From positions 13,805,316 to 13,869,315 of the forward strand of contig CM119270.1 of assembly GCA_051294375.1 (NCBI GenBank): 64,000 bases of DNA, in the 5' to 3' direction. Source of the DNA: Paraspadella gotoi. Taxonomy: Eukaryota; Animalia; Chaetognatha. Position numbers and translations under genes: made by a program. Shown here piece after piece: positions 12,817-25,900 of the stretch. Under the pieces are notes generated by a model. The model did no database searches. It saw only the letters and a list, made by a program, of their open reading frames with translations, and had not been told where the DNA came from. Numbering within the stretch: the stretch's first letter is position 1; the number at the start of each line of letters is the position of its first letter.

Positions 12817-14586
12817 CTTTGATTCCATTTTTTCCCTTGTTCTCTCCATATGTCTTCGATTTTTCTGGTCAGAAGGTGAATCGGGTTTTATATATTGAGT
12901 AAACTTTCTCGTATTGAGACTAATCCTTTGGTCGCGCGGATTTATTGCGTAATCTACGAGACGACGACGACGACCACGGCGACGATGACAAAAACTAATG
13001 GCGCCTCACTTTGGCGGCTGAATATTGGAGCAGATGTACTTATTACTTTTGCAGGAACCTGAATCGGTTCATATTAGACGGAGCGAGTCTTTTGAAATCA
13101 AATGTCGAATACTAATACTGTGACTATAATTTGGGTGAATTTACCTACTTTTATCAATCACTATCTATCTAATTACCACTTCTATATATTAATATTAAGG
13201 TTTTTTAAAAAAATCTAAAGTGTATTATCATTCGTAGTATATTACGTACGAGCGCCTCGCCTTGCGCAGACATCCTAATAAATAATAATCAATTCGTCGT
13301 CGAGAGGTCGTGATTCTTTCGTTGTTGTCGTCGTTGTCGTTGTCGTTGTGACCACGTCGGAAATCGGCGAGGCGTTACGTGGCCGCGTGGCCAACGGGCG
13401 TCGCCTCACGTGTCGCCGATTCAAATTTCCAGATTTTGATTTTTCGCTTTGAAAAAAAATTTGGAAAATGGAAAAAGGATAAAAAAAAAAAAAAAAGGGA
13501 AAAAGAAAAATTCGACCGGAAATAACAAACGTTTTATTCCCCCAATTTTTTTCTTCCGCGCGTTTACTCTTTCGCGTCGAAGGGAGGACGCGATCGACCC
13601 CCACCCCACCCCTCCCCCCCTCGCCGTCCCCCACGCTGCGCCGCGGCAACCGCCAACTCGCCCTCTTCCCTTTTTAATATGGGGCGTCGATGAGCCTCGC
13701 CGGCCGACCGCTCCCTATTCAGGGAGATGAGTTCGACCGTATGGTGCTACCGGCGCCGTCGCCGCAGCCGCCGCAGCAGCCGCGTTCAACGTCTGTTCCT
13801 ACTTTTCGATCTGATCGAGTCAAAGCGTCGCCACGCGGCGAAGGAGGAAGAGGAGGAAGAGGTGGGGGTATTGCATCACGAGCGACGCGTTGCGGTGAGG
13901 TAACAGCAAATCATGCGGACGAAGACGACGACGATGAAGACGAAGTTGTTACGCAATACTTTTATTTAAGAGCGATCGTCGTCATTGACAATGAGGCGGT
14001 TGCTGTCGTAATTTCTGCTGGTCCTGGTTTCGTTTATCAGTTGGTGAGTAAAGATAAACTCGGGAAGTAATAGAGAAGAAAATTCAAAAGATACTGTCTG
14101 CAATTTTTTTTCTCGACATTGTGATTTCTCGCGAGTCCAAGATTGAATTGCCGTCATTCCATTAGAGTCTTCGAGGCGAGGAAAGTCGAACGTAGATTGT
14201 GACATTACAGTTGTTTTATCTTCACAAATTTTGGTGACTTCTTCATTTAATAAGTCACCTTTGACTTCGGCATCACGGGCCAGGTTGTTGTTGTCGTTGT
14301 CGTCGTTGGCGTCCTCATCGTCTTTGTCGTTGTCATAGAGTTTGATTTGTCTTCGTCGTCGTCGTCGTCGTCGTCATTGTTTGATAACGGCAAATCCCGT
14401 TTCGTTCAGGTGATGACGAAATTACGTCGTCAAAAAAAAGGAAATAAAAAGAACAAAAGAAAAGAAAAAAAAAATGAATGAAACACATTTGAAGGAGGAG
14501 AAGAGAAGGGGAGAAGCGGAGAAGGGGGAAGGGAGGAAGGGGGGCGGGTAGGATTATCCCCTCAGCAAGTTTTTGAAACCGCTCAA

Positions 14587-14666
<80 letters not shown>

Positions 14667-15964
14667 CTCTCGCTCTCTCTCTCGCTCTGTCTTTCACTCC
14701 TCATCTCTTTCCCTGTGTCGAGTTGTTTCCAAAATGCGAAGGGAGACCCCTTTTTTCATACCCATTCGATATGGAGAGGAGGAGAGACGATGAGAGAGGA
14801 GAGAGAAAGAGAGACGAGAGAGAGAGAGGAGAGCAGAGAGAATGAGAGGAACGCGTGAGAGAAGAGGAGAAGAGAATTGATGGACATGGCAGAGAGTAAT
14901 GCACGGCTGCGGTTTAAACTCTTTTTTTTATGTCTTTTCAAGAAGGAGATCGACAGATGCAGAGAGAGAGGGGGGGAGGAAAGAGTGTTGAGCATTGAGG
15001 CTCGGCACGTATGGTGTTAAAAATCGGAGGATAAATACGACTCGCCATATTGGGGGAAGCGAATGGACAGGGATTGGAAGAAAGGTGACCATATTGGATC
15101 CTTGTATAACAGTTGGAGCGAAGGGTAAATCGGTTTCAACGACGAAGTTTAGCGGGAGGTGGGACGTATTAACACTTTTTTTTTCTTTTTGTTTGGTTTT
15201 GCACGAAATGAATAAAAAAAACGCTCAAGGAAAGAGTTCATTACCTTGCGCGCGCGCACGAGTCTCGAGTGCTCTTTTCCTCGTGCACGTGTGGTTACGT
15301 GTTGCGTGAAAAAAAATCACGCTTTTTAAAGACGACTCACTTGAGTTGCACCATCTGGATAAGTTTATAAGAAAAAAAACGGTCAATCATAGAAAACGAG
15401 GATATATAAGATATAAACGAGCAAATATAAGATCAAAGGCCCATAATTTATGGCGTAAGACTCTGATCGCGGTTTAACCGTCACACGAAACGAAATCAAG
15501 AGGGTAAATAAGAGAATCAAATGTCAATGCAATCACGGAATTGGTTCATCAGCTTCGTCAAGCGACAAAAAAAAAATGGAATCGTTATTTAATTCTAATC
15601 AAATGAGACTTGGAATCTGTTTGACGTTTCCTGTCTCTCGTGGCCAATGCCTCGCCGCCGCAGAAGACACCGCCGCCGCAGCCGCAGCCGCGCCGAATTA
15701 GCATTGACGTCCGACGATCGAAGATCGAAAACTTTTGTTTTTGTCATTGACGAATCGACGAAAACCGCGTGAGGCGCATTTCGATGCGGCGAGGACAAGG
15801 GCGTCCGCAGCACGAAGCCTTCGCGGGAATCTCGCCGGATAAAACTCATTTGCATCTTTCCGTGGGTAAGGAAGAGTTTATATACGGCGGCGGAAATGAA
15901 GCCAGGGTAAGTAAACATTGGAATTTTGCGGTTGGAATTTGTAATGGAGTCGGAATTGAAATGT

Positions 15965-16255
15965 GAAGACGGATGGAATCAAAGAGAATCGAGAGATGGA
16001 ATCAAGATGATTCGAGATATGGAATCAGGATGAATCGAGAGATGGAATAAAAAAAAGTCTTAGGAATGAATTAAGAAAAAATAGAAGGATAAAATCAAAG
16101 AGAATAAAAAAGAGTTAAAACTCCAAAAAAAAGTTGAGATAGAATCGGACGAAATTAAGCTATAGAAACATATGGATTCGACGGATAGAATCAGACGGAA
16201 TCGAAGGACAGAATCGGACGGAACCGAGCTATGAATCGGAATGGAATCGCGAGAT
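15965..16255. repeat. Degenerate ~24-bp tandem repeat (GAATCGAGAGATGGAATCAAGAT-like)
   Basis: Recurrent GATGGAATC/GAATCGAGA motifs. Confidence 0.6.
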
Positions 16256-16544
16256 GGACCCGTTTCCATCTCGGGATTGTCTTCATTAATTCTCTTCTTC
16301 TCGGATGATAATTCACTCGGTGACCGGGAGATGGACAAATAGAGATGAGGTCAAAGGGCGGAGAGTCATGGGGCTTTGATGTTTTGTATTTGTTGGAGAG
16401 AGAGAGAGAGAATGAATAAGAGAGTGAGAGATAGAGAGAGATAGATAGGGTCACCGCGACGGCGTCTGGCGTCAAAAGAAGACACACGTGTTCATCAAAT
16501 TCACGAGTTCTCTTTCCTCTATCATCTTTTATTTTTTCTCGCGA

Positions 16545-16579
16545 CTTCACGACCGTCGTTTCACCGTCACTTCACGACT

Positions 16580-16616
<37 letters not shown>

Positions 16617-16680
16617 CACACTTTCACCGTCACTTCACGACTTCACGACCGTCGTTTCACCGTCACTTCACGACCGTCGT
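16545..16680. repeat. Compound direct repeat: CTTCACGACCGTCGTTTCACCGTCACTTCACGAC x2 flanking (CACTTT)n
   Basis: Read directly. Confidence 0.85.
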
Positions 16681-17239
16681 TGGTTCAACTAATGGAGTCT
16701 TTATTTTTTTAAGAAACATTTTGAGGCAAATACACTCACACACAAAAACAAATGCACACACACACGAACACGTTCTTTCTAAACAATAAGCATCTCTAAG
16801 CGTCGCTCGCAAAATCGATAAGCATCCGTCTCGGTTGTCATAGCGACGAGCATTCAGTCTCCAGAGAGAAACTTGTAAGCAATAAGCATCATGCATCAAG
16901 CAGCTCTTCTTCTCAAAAATAAATCAATATCTTTGGGAGCAAATTCGATTTTGTTTTCAAGCGGCGCCGGACTAAGAGGCAGCGGCGCGAAAGTGGAAAA
17001 CTTATCCAAAGTATTGAGAGTAAAACGTTATGCCTTTCACCGAGATTTACGTAGTAAAAAAATAAAGTTTATGAATCCAGAAAGTTTTGATGAGTGAGAT
17101 AATTCTGGCTCTCGCTTTTTCATTTTCCTAATCAATTTCGCTCTATCAGTGAGAGGGACAGATTGGTGAATTGTGTTCGCCTGCCTTTGTTACTCTCCCT
17201 CACTCCTCTTTATCGCGTCGGACAGTCTCCTTAGAAGAA

Positions 17240-17246
17240 TTTATAA
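17240..17246 (+). promoter_or_regulatory. TATA-like element ~30 nt upstream of tRNA-Asp
   Basis: TTTATAA at -32..-26 from the mature tRNA 5' end, the usual position for TFIIIB/TBP contact on Pol III genes. Confidence 0.4.
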
Positions 17247-17271
17247 GATTTAAACCAGCTCTTTAGTCATG

Positions 17272-17343
17272 TCCTCGGTAGTATAGTGGTGAGTATCCTC
17301 GCCTGTCACGCGAGAGACCGGGGTTCGATTCCCCGCCGGGGAG
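17272..17343 (+). tRNA. tRNA-Asp (anticodon GTC)
   Basis: 72 nt TCCTCGGTAGTATAGTGGTGAGTATCCTCGCCTGTCACGCGAGAGACCGGGGTTCGATTCCCCGCCGGGGAG. Acceptor TCCTCGG/CCGGGGA, anticodon stem CTCGC/GCGAG with GTC at 17305-17307, T-loop TTCGATT, intact A and B boxes, no encoded CCA (eukaryotic nuclear type). Confidence 0.97.
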
Positions 17344-17346
17344 CTC

Positions 17347-17354
17347 TTTTTTTT
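17347..17354 (+). terminator. RNA polymerase III oligo-T terminator
   Basis: T8 run 3 nt after the tRNA 3' end. Confidence 0.85.
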
Positions 17355-18251
17355 ATTTCAGAAAGTCATTGAGTTTGCCCCGGTTGGATAATACTATAGT
17401 TTTGTAATCGGACGAAAACTTAATTTTTACTTGCCTATTTAAAGATTGTGAAGATTTTTTTAAACATTTTCATCCTAATTATTTGTGTCCCGTCGGTCTA
17501 AGTACTAAGTAGTAATTTCACCGATTCTGATCGCTCGTAGTCTCCAGCCAAATTGCATTAAAAACAATCACGCAAGATTGACAATTCTTTGCCGTCACGA
17601 AATTCGCAATGACGTCACGACCTTCTGTCCGCCCGGATCGACGATCNNNNNNNNNNNNNNNNNNNNNNNNNNNNNNNNNNNNNNNNNNNNNNNNNNNNNN
17701 NNNNNNNNNNNNNNNNNNNNNNNNNNNNNNNNNNNNNNNNNNNNNNNNNNNNNNNNNNNNNNNNNNNNNNNNNNNNNNNNNNNNNNNNNNNNNNNNNNNN
17801 NNNNNNNNNNNNNGTCGTAGTCGTCGTCGTCGTCGTCTTCGTCGTCGTCACCGCGTCTTTTCGACGGGCGCCATCGTCGCGTCATTTCTCGCCGCGTCAC
17901 GTCGTCACGTCGTCTCCGCCGCGACCGTGACGGGCGCCCGCGCCACGGCGAGCGTGACGGAGTCCGCGACGACGTCTCTCGACGGGCGAGGCTTTGTCAC
18001 GGCGCGGGCGACCGTGACGGCGCGAGGGACATAATCGTCCGGATACAAAAGATTCGTCGACGGGATATTTGGTTGGCGCCGTCCCGGGTCGGCAGTGGCG
18101 CCGTCAGAGGTCCTGCCCGACTGGACCATCGGGCGACCGCGACGAGAAGCGAACGCCGAGGAGACGCGTCCGCGCGGATTGCGCACTTCTTGTAGAACAG
18201 AGAGAGAGAGAGAAGAGAGGAAGAGAGAGAGAGAGAGAGCAAGCGGAGAGA

Positions 18252-18284
<33 letters not shown>

Positions 18285-18359
18285 GAGAGAAAGTCGAGAC
18301 GCGAAGCATCGATTGAACGTGAATGTGAATCTTTCGACGGCCCGGCGGGAATCAAGTGA

Positions 18360-18770
18360 GAGGGGGGGGAGAGGGAAAGTGGGGAGGGAGGAGGAAGGGA
18401 AGGGAGGAAATTGGAGAGTCGAGAATTGATGGGATTAGTAAAAGCGTGAAAGAAAGTATGAAGAAATAATGAATGATTGAAGGGAAAGAAAAGGGTAGGA
18501 AAATGGAAGAATTGGGGGGAAGCGAAATGGAAAAAGGGAAAGGGAAAGGGGTAGAGTAAAGGGAAAACGAAATGGAAAGGGCTGAGTGAAAGGGAAAGGG
18601 TTAGAAGGAAGGGTAAATGGAAGAACATTGGAGTGGGCCAAGGGAAAGTAAAAATGGGAAGGGTAAATGGAAGGGGTAATGGGAAGGGGTAAGGAAAAAA
18701 AGGGAAAGGGGAAAAGGGAAACAATGAAAATGGCCAAGGGAAAGGGAAAAAGGAAAGGGGAAAGGGCGGC
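18360..18770 (+). repeat. Purine-rich degenerate (GGGAAA)n tract
   Basis: Hexamer-periodic GGGAAA/GGGTAA units; explains the Pro/Phe-rich antisense ORFs. Confidence 0.75.
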
Positions 18771-18904
18771 ACCGAAATCGATCCTTGAAGAAAACGATGA
18801 TGATGACAACAACAACAACGATTGAATGAGAAAGGAGGACGACGACGACGACGAGCAGAAAGAAGATGCTATGAGGTTTCCTACAATGAACGTCATGCTG
18901 AGAC

Positions 18905-18935
<31 letters not shown>

Positions 18936-19030
18936 TAAGTCTGAAAAATATGATGAAGTAGAAATATAAGATGATGATCATTGCTTGGCCGACGACGATG
19001 AGGATGATGATGACGATGATGATGATGACG

Positions 19031-19408
19031 ATGATGCTTCGAGTATTCATCCTTTTTACGCTATCGTCTCTCAGCCTCACTCGACTCTCGCCGTTGGACG
19101 CCGTGAACTCTTCAACGCGTTCGCCATCTGGGCCGACGACGTCTAAGCCTTGCGTCGGAAGTGGCGGAGAAGCCCCGCCGAACAGGACGTGGCATTGTGG
19201 CAAGTGGTACGGAGCGGAAGTGGCAAGAGGTACAACTGCCAGGATTATTGCAGATGGTAGTCTTATGCCCCTTCGAAATGGCAGCGTTGCAAACTTCAGT
19301 TTAAAGGCTCTGGATGACCCAAGCGTTCCGTGCGAAAACGGCATCCGAATCAAACGCGACAGTCAGTCAGTCGGTCGAACAGATCTTTGCCATCCGGAAA
19401 TATCTTGA
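19031..19408 (+). CDS. Possible small secreted Cys-containing protein or exon (hypothetical)
   Basis: MMLRVFILFTLSSLSLT resembles a signal peptide. It is followed by NSS, NRT, NGS and NFS sequons and 4 Cys in non-repetitive sequence. No family recognised; the antisense frame is also open. Confidence 0.25.
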   Translation: MMLRVFILFTLSSLSLTRLSPLDAVNSSTRSPSGPTTSKPCVGSGGEAPPNRTWHCGKWYGAEVARGTTARIIADGSLMPLRNGSVANFSLKALDDPSVPCENGIRIKRDSQSVGRTDLCHPEIS

Positions 19409-21458
19409 ATTAATGATGAAGTCGAACCCATCACGCCATCCTTTGCTCTTCCGCGTGCCATCCGGAACCGGCATGGACCCAATTTTTTTCGGCGAATGTC
19501 AGAAGTAGGCAGCGCCATCCGAACGTCCTGTCTATGGGACCGTTGAGCTTAACGGCGGACAGTAGTCTTGAACGCGAGATCGAACTCCTATCCTTGGACC
19601 TCGACATGGCCGCCAACTAATATTTAATATTTTTTTAATATTAATATAAAATTAATATTAATTTTTAATTTTCAATATTTTTGGTAATATTTACATTTAC
19701 AAAGAATGTTTGCAATATTTTACATAATCGTATTTATATGTAATCACATGTATATGAAAGTCGTTGTAACAATTCAAAATGTCTTTGTAAATCTCTATAT
19801 CAATCAACGAAAAGAAAGGATATACCATGAATATTATAGTATTTTTTTTTTGCTAAAACTTATGTGAGTCATTGATTTTTATTACTTATTGTGACAAAGA
19901 TACATTCCATCTTTTATATATTCTGAGTCGTGTCCGTAACTTCCTTTCAGACTTCAATCAAATTTCCAACTTTAATCTTCTTACTCTTTTCTCTTTTCAG
20001 CTTTCTTTTTGTACAAAGTACAAGGTTTACTCATAATCGATCTTGATGACAATTTCAAACTGCGTTCAATTTTCTTTTAATTTCAAGTTGACTTTCATTT
20101 TCTATCACCGAGTGTTCCAATAGAGTTCTCATTTGAAATAATCCACAAATTAATCTGCTTCATTCCTTCGCAATTTCGTCCAACTTCTGCGACCACAACT
20201 TCGAGGACTCTCTCTTACTCTTGCCTTCCGCCCGGACGACAACAAAAGCTCCATCCAACTCGCCCGCGGCCTCTGACAGTCAAAACAACAACGTCAACAA
20301 AGAGGCCCATGCCGGTATGCCGTGGCATTCCGCCTACTTCACCGCGCGCATCCTGGCGGCCATACGACTGGGAGTGTCGGGGATGTCAATCAAGGGTCGT
20401 GAAAAGAGGCGCCGGCGGGGGGAGACGGTGGAGAGGGGTTTGACTTTTGACGCTGTCCCTTCTCGGCCGGGGGGAAGAAAAATACCGTCTATGGTCACAA
20501 AGGATAAAGGAACAAAGAAAAAGGGTTACTGAGTCGCATTCCGGTGTTGACGAAATATCCCCGAGGGAGCTGTCCGACTCGGCTTTGACAATATATTACC
20601 GAAAGGGGGAAAGCAATGGTAAATTACTGGTACGGGCTGGCAAAGAAAAAGTAAAGGCCTTTGTCTGGGACTAAAATTTGAAAACAAAAACTGTAACGAA
20701 AAAAAAATAATAATTTCGAAAAAAATAAACATTTTGTAAGCTTGACTACTAGATAAAATGGCGTTACCTAATTTTATATATGTTTTCATTATTATGCAGA
20801 AGTCTTAGAGAACCTAAAAGCTGATACAGTTAGTTGTTAACTGTTACTTTCCTCTATCTCTTATTTCTTATGTAAAAACTTTCAGTTGGCGGTTAGAAAA
20901 GAAAGTTAAAATTACGCCCCTCAACTTATTATTTTAAATTTTCAAAGACTCTTTCGCATTCATCTTGTAGTAGTTAACTTCCGACAGTCAATCGGACCCG
21001 TGATGGATCACTCGGGTGAAAGCGACGAATTGTGACATTTAACCTGTGAGATAATCATTCCTCAACAGAAGCTACGACTGTTGACGAAGGAAATTGACTT
21101 CGCGGACAATAAACTCGCAGCTTGAAAAAAGAAGCTGACGGAACTTTTTTTTTTCATTTTGCGAAAGAAAAAAGAGAAAATATTCGACCCAAATCGTCAG
21201 TCTTTCATTCATTCCTCGTTCGTCCGTCCATTCATTCCTCGGGTCCTCCATTCATTCATCAGGTCCATTCATCTCCATTACTTACCGGACCTTGCTTTAC
21301 CGGAGGGGGGGTTCCACGATGAGGCAAGTTTCAACGCCGATTTTTTACAATGAGGGATACAATACAATACAATACAATACCTGGTAATAAAACTCGATCC
21401 TCGTCGCTATCGTTTCCCCGTTGCGAGCTCGCTTCATCCTCGACCCCGACTCTTGCCA

Positions 21459-21492
<34 letters not shown>

Positions 21493-22038
21493 TGGCCATT
21501 GTCGTCCCTTCCCATCTTGCTCTTAAATCCATCTCGTCTTTCTGTCCCAATTACATCCCTTCACTCTACATCCCTTCCACCCCGCATCCTCCTTTTCACT
21601 CCCGCGACGGCGAGAAGTTTCCCTTTCCACGACTGACCCCTTTTCACTCTCCACCCCCCCTTCGCCTCGACACCCCCCAGTCCCCCTCGCAAACCCCCTC
21701 CTACGAAACAGCCTCCCTCATGAGCGCTCCGGGGGTCAGTCGAGGTAGAATCACTCCATCGCGACCGCCCACAGGGTGAGAGAGATGGAACTGCGGGTCG
21801 ATCGGGCGTCCTCCTTTCGACGCGGAAAGAGCGGGGTTACAAGAAGAGAGAAACGCGCGGACGGGAGAGAAGAGAGGAGAANNNNNNNNNNNNNNNNNNN
21901 NNNNNNNNNNNNNNNNNNNNNNNNNNNNNNNNNNNNNNNNNNNNNNNNNNNNNNNNNNNNNNNNNNNNNNNNNNNNNNNNNNNNNNNNNNNNNNNNNNNN
22001 NNNNNNNNNNNNNNNNNNNNNNNNNNNNNNNNNNNNNN

Positions 22039-22903
22039 GAGAGAGAGAATGTAGGCCAAAATTAGGCTTGCTTCTTCCCCTTTTAACGATTCCGAATTTT
22101 ATTGTAAAGGATCAGTTTTTTTACGATTTTCGTCCTCGTGTTTTTATCTCTCCTGTCTTTTTTTTTTTGCTTTTCCTCTGTTGTCTTTGACTCAGTTAAT
22201 CCATTGTTTTTAAAATAGTTAATCTATTGTCCTTGTTGTGTCTCATTTGTTATTGTTCTCTTGTTTTTGCTGCGATCACATCTCAGGATAATCCAAGAAC
22301 GGAGGGGCGTTCGTGCGGGCGGTGGAGGCGACTGGCCGGATCGCGTTGCATCTCTGAGTAAGCAACTGTTGCGTCTTCGATAGATAAAATCCAAAGAAAG
22401 ATTCAATTCATCTGCATAGTTTGAAAATTAGTATCAAGTTTATAATTTATTAAATTGATGATATATGTTTGAGGTCGAAGGGGTTTTTGTCATTAGATAA
22501 TTTTGACAGTATTTACGGAATACTGAATAGTGAATACAGTCGAAACTTTTGTAATATTTAACTCGAGACAGTATATTTACAATGCATATATCTTCAAATG
22601 TACAAGATAGCCTGGAGAACCATCATGACATCAAGGGTCTATAAAATATCGCAAGAGAATCGTGACGCCAAAGAACTCCCGATGCAATCGTAAGGAAAAA
22701 GATAACATTGCAATGTCTTCTTTTCATTGCGATGCCATCACTTTGTCATCACGATGCCATCGCGTCTCCATACGTCTCGGAATTTCCCGCGGTCCATCCT
22801 TCATGCATCGCGGTGAATTTTCCTCCTCGAGTTTCCCCCGAGACGAAACGTCGAGCCCCGAGGGTTCCTCGTTCTCGGGGTCCCGGGTTCGATCCCCCGG
22901 AGC
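22039..22903. repeat. Segment duplicated in inverted orientation at ~47843-48730
   Basis: e.g. GAATGTAGGCCAAAATTAGGCTTGCTTCTTCC (22047) vs its reverse complement at ~48686-48717; collinear throughout. Confidence 0.9.
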
Positions 22904-25900
22904 CCATGATACAACTCGCATAAATTATATGTCGCCAAAGCTCGGTGGGTCGGAGCGAGGGAGCTCGAGTGAGGTACTTAAATTTCGTTCGCACTCGGAA
23001 GGTGAGTCGCGAGATAATCTATATTTCAGCTGCGAGATAATCTGGAGCTAATCGCAGCAGGAAGCCACTACCGTGTAGTTTCACCGACGCTCCGCGAATT
23101 CGCGCCCTACGCTCGTCCTAGCGCGCGGTGTGGTACGCCAGGATTCGTCTCGGTCTTCTCCAATTTCTTCTCTTCCGATCCACGCGTCCAACTCGTCGGG
23201 CTATTATTCTCCGTCTTCCGTTTCGTCGTCTCTCTTCTCCAGGATCCAGATATCTCGGGGTCAAGGCCTTTTGGAAAAAATGACTCTCTCATCTACAATC
23301 ATACTTCATCATTCGGGAGAGCCGAGGAGCACTTATTCGTCGTCTCCAGGGCTATAATGAAACAGAATAAAGGCGAAAGAGAAAATATTTTGGTGATAAA
23401 GCGTAGGAAAAAAACCAAAGGTGCATTAAGCGAAAATATCGCGATTGGGGAGTTTACGCAAATTGAAAAAAAAGCAACTTGGATAAATTTAATTCTTAAT
23501 TCTTAATCTGAGGCATTGGCTCATATAACTAGAATTTTGAATCTTCGACCTGAAAATCCAATAAAATATAAATATCGCTCAAAAACTCGCATTCTTCCAG
23601 GTCCAAAATCTTTTTTTTTTTTTTGCGCTGAAAAAATTGGCGAGAATGCTCCCGAAGATGTTCCATGAGAATGGAGACAGTATTGAGTGGAATCGATTAT
23701 GCAGAATCGATTTAGAGACGAACGAGCACGACGGAAGCGTCGCTCGAGGATTCGTTGGATTTCCGGACATCGAGAAACACCGATTTAGTTCAGCGAAGAG
23801 AAAAGGGAAGCGATGCTGGCAGAGTATACCGTTAGAGGAAGGGAAGAATACACGCGAGTACAGTCAATTGGTCTCTGGCCTTTTTTGTAAGCGAATAAAA
23901 GGAATAAATGATAGAGATATTCCTAGGCAGTTTATGAAGACGAGAAGCGAATCTCTGAATTCGAGCCACCGATGTTGCGCAATATTGTTGACGGACGACG
24001 ACGACGACGGCGACGACGCACGACGACGACGACGACTGACCGTTGGGGTGATGACGGAGACGAAAAAAAGTGTCGCAGAGCAAAAAAACGAGTTTCTAGG
24101 AAGAATTGCAAACTCAAAAGCCCATGATTGACCCAAGCAAGGACATACAGCGAATTTTTGAAATATAAAGACAGCTGTAACTGTTTCCCTTGTAAGTCGT
24201 TTTCAAGACCTTTTATGACAATTGAACACCCACCGTCCAGCCGGTCGCACGCGTCTAGAAGGTCGATCCTTCCCCCTCTTCTTCCGACTAGCATGAAGTT
24301 GCTCGTTCCTCACTACAGCGCTTTCACGGCTTCGGTTTTCATCCCACCATCGATTTCGCGATGGCGAAAACCCGAGCCTTTGCATCCATCATTTCTCGCG
24401 GGTCTGAGGTAAGGCAAACGAAAAACGTGGACCGCATTCAACTCGCCAAACTTATCTTTCCTCGCAGAAAACACCGCAGCCAATCTCGGACCCTAAATAG
24501 TATTTAGTCCAATCTCGTGTTCCACACAATTATCTCCCTGCAAGATCGCGTTTATCTTAATCTCATCTTCCGCACTAAAAGGATGCGCAGCCAAATACTT
24601 ATCTCCGCTCAATATAAATCGGAGTCCAATTTTCATCTTCAAAATATATTCTTGCCCAAGTCTCGCCTCAACATCATTTGGCTCATTGCATCTCGCTCGC
24701 ATTCACTCTGCCCTTTCATTTATCTCCCGGTCTATTTTATTCTATTTTATCATCGCTTCCTCAACTTAGACCGCTGGTTCCATCTGTCCAGACCCGAGCT
24801 GGCGGTCTAAAACTATAACTATAAAAATGATTATAAATCTGAGCGAGTATAAATTTCGACTAGGCGTTGTTTAATCATTCACCTGGCTTTTTTAAGCTTC
24901 CACGCACTTTAAGCAACATGGCTTACTGGGTATCTTCTCCTAATCTGCGCACTCGCATCATTATATATGGCTCGGCTACCTGCGCGCCCTCCCTCACTTT
25001 ACTTACTCATATCCCGACCCTCAATCATCACGCCTCCCTTCAACAACTCCATCAAGCCGCAATCGACTTAGCGCCTTCATGACTGAATGTCAAGTAAATG
25101 AATATGTACAATTGTACAACGGTATGAATGAAATAAAATCTTCATATTGGTTGTACGCCGGGGAATTTTTTGGTGGCCGAAGTTTATGATTATTTTAGTA
25201 AAAATAATAAGGTAAATAAGAAATTAGGGAAAGCCGGAGACAAGAGATTATTCCTCTCGAAGCCGCCACGCAAACATCACAAACAAACGCCCCCGGCCCA
25301 GTATCCTTGTCCTCGACCTTTCACCCACCCTCAGACCCTTTCCTCAACCGAATTTCGTCTTTTGCTCCAAATTCGAAATAAAGAATAACAAGTGGAATTT
25401 AACGATTTCTCCGGGCGCCGAAAGGCAAACCTGCGTTCGGAAGGCTGGGGTTTAAGGGGCAGGAGCCCGTGGCGGCGGGTGGGGGAGAGCGAGGTTTAGT
25501 TTGTGAACCAGGGGGGTCGCCCTAAACGGGGTGAGGGTGAAGACGGTGGACCGCAATAAGTAAGTGAGCTTCGGACTGGCGTTGGTGTTATAATGGGAAG
25601 GGGGTCTTGTCAGTGGCAGTGGTGGGACAGAAGGCAAAATAGGTTTTGCGGGAAAAGTTTACAAATTAAAATTGGACATATTGCGTCCACAATGATATCA
25701 ATTAAAATTCGCCGGTGTTTTTTCGGCGACATTTCTACCTTTGGGCGTCACGAGAGAAGACAAACGTGATAAAGGTATTTCTGTTTGTTGTTGTTTTTTT
25801 TTATATTGGTGGCGGCCTCGGTTTTCGTTCACAAGTTTATTATTTTGGTTTTTTTTTTTCACAGTGATAAGCAGGTTCGATGCTCGGGTTCAGTAAATAC

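Noticed and set aside
13991-14043. Signal-peptide-like MRRLLS*FLLVLVSFIS with an in-frame TAA, suggesting stop-codon reassignment
   Set aside because: Single short instance; another frame is open across the same exon-like stretch, and the Tc1 transposase ends at a normal TAA.
15603-15750. MRLGICLTF(LSLVANASPPQK...) secreted-protein start
   Set aside because: Needs an unsupported 1-nt frameshift and ends quickly; no recognisable homology.
22838-22853. GACGAAAC as a hammerhead ribozyme core
   Set aside because: No matching CTGA[N]GA core and stem II upstream; other CTGATGA sites in the window also lack the partner motif.
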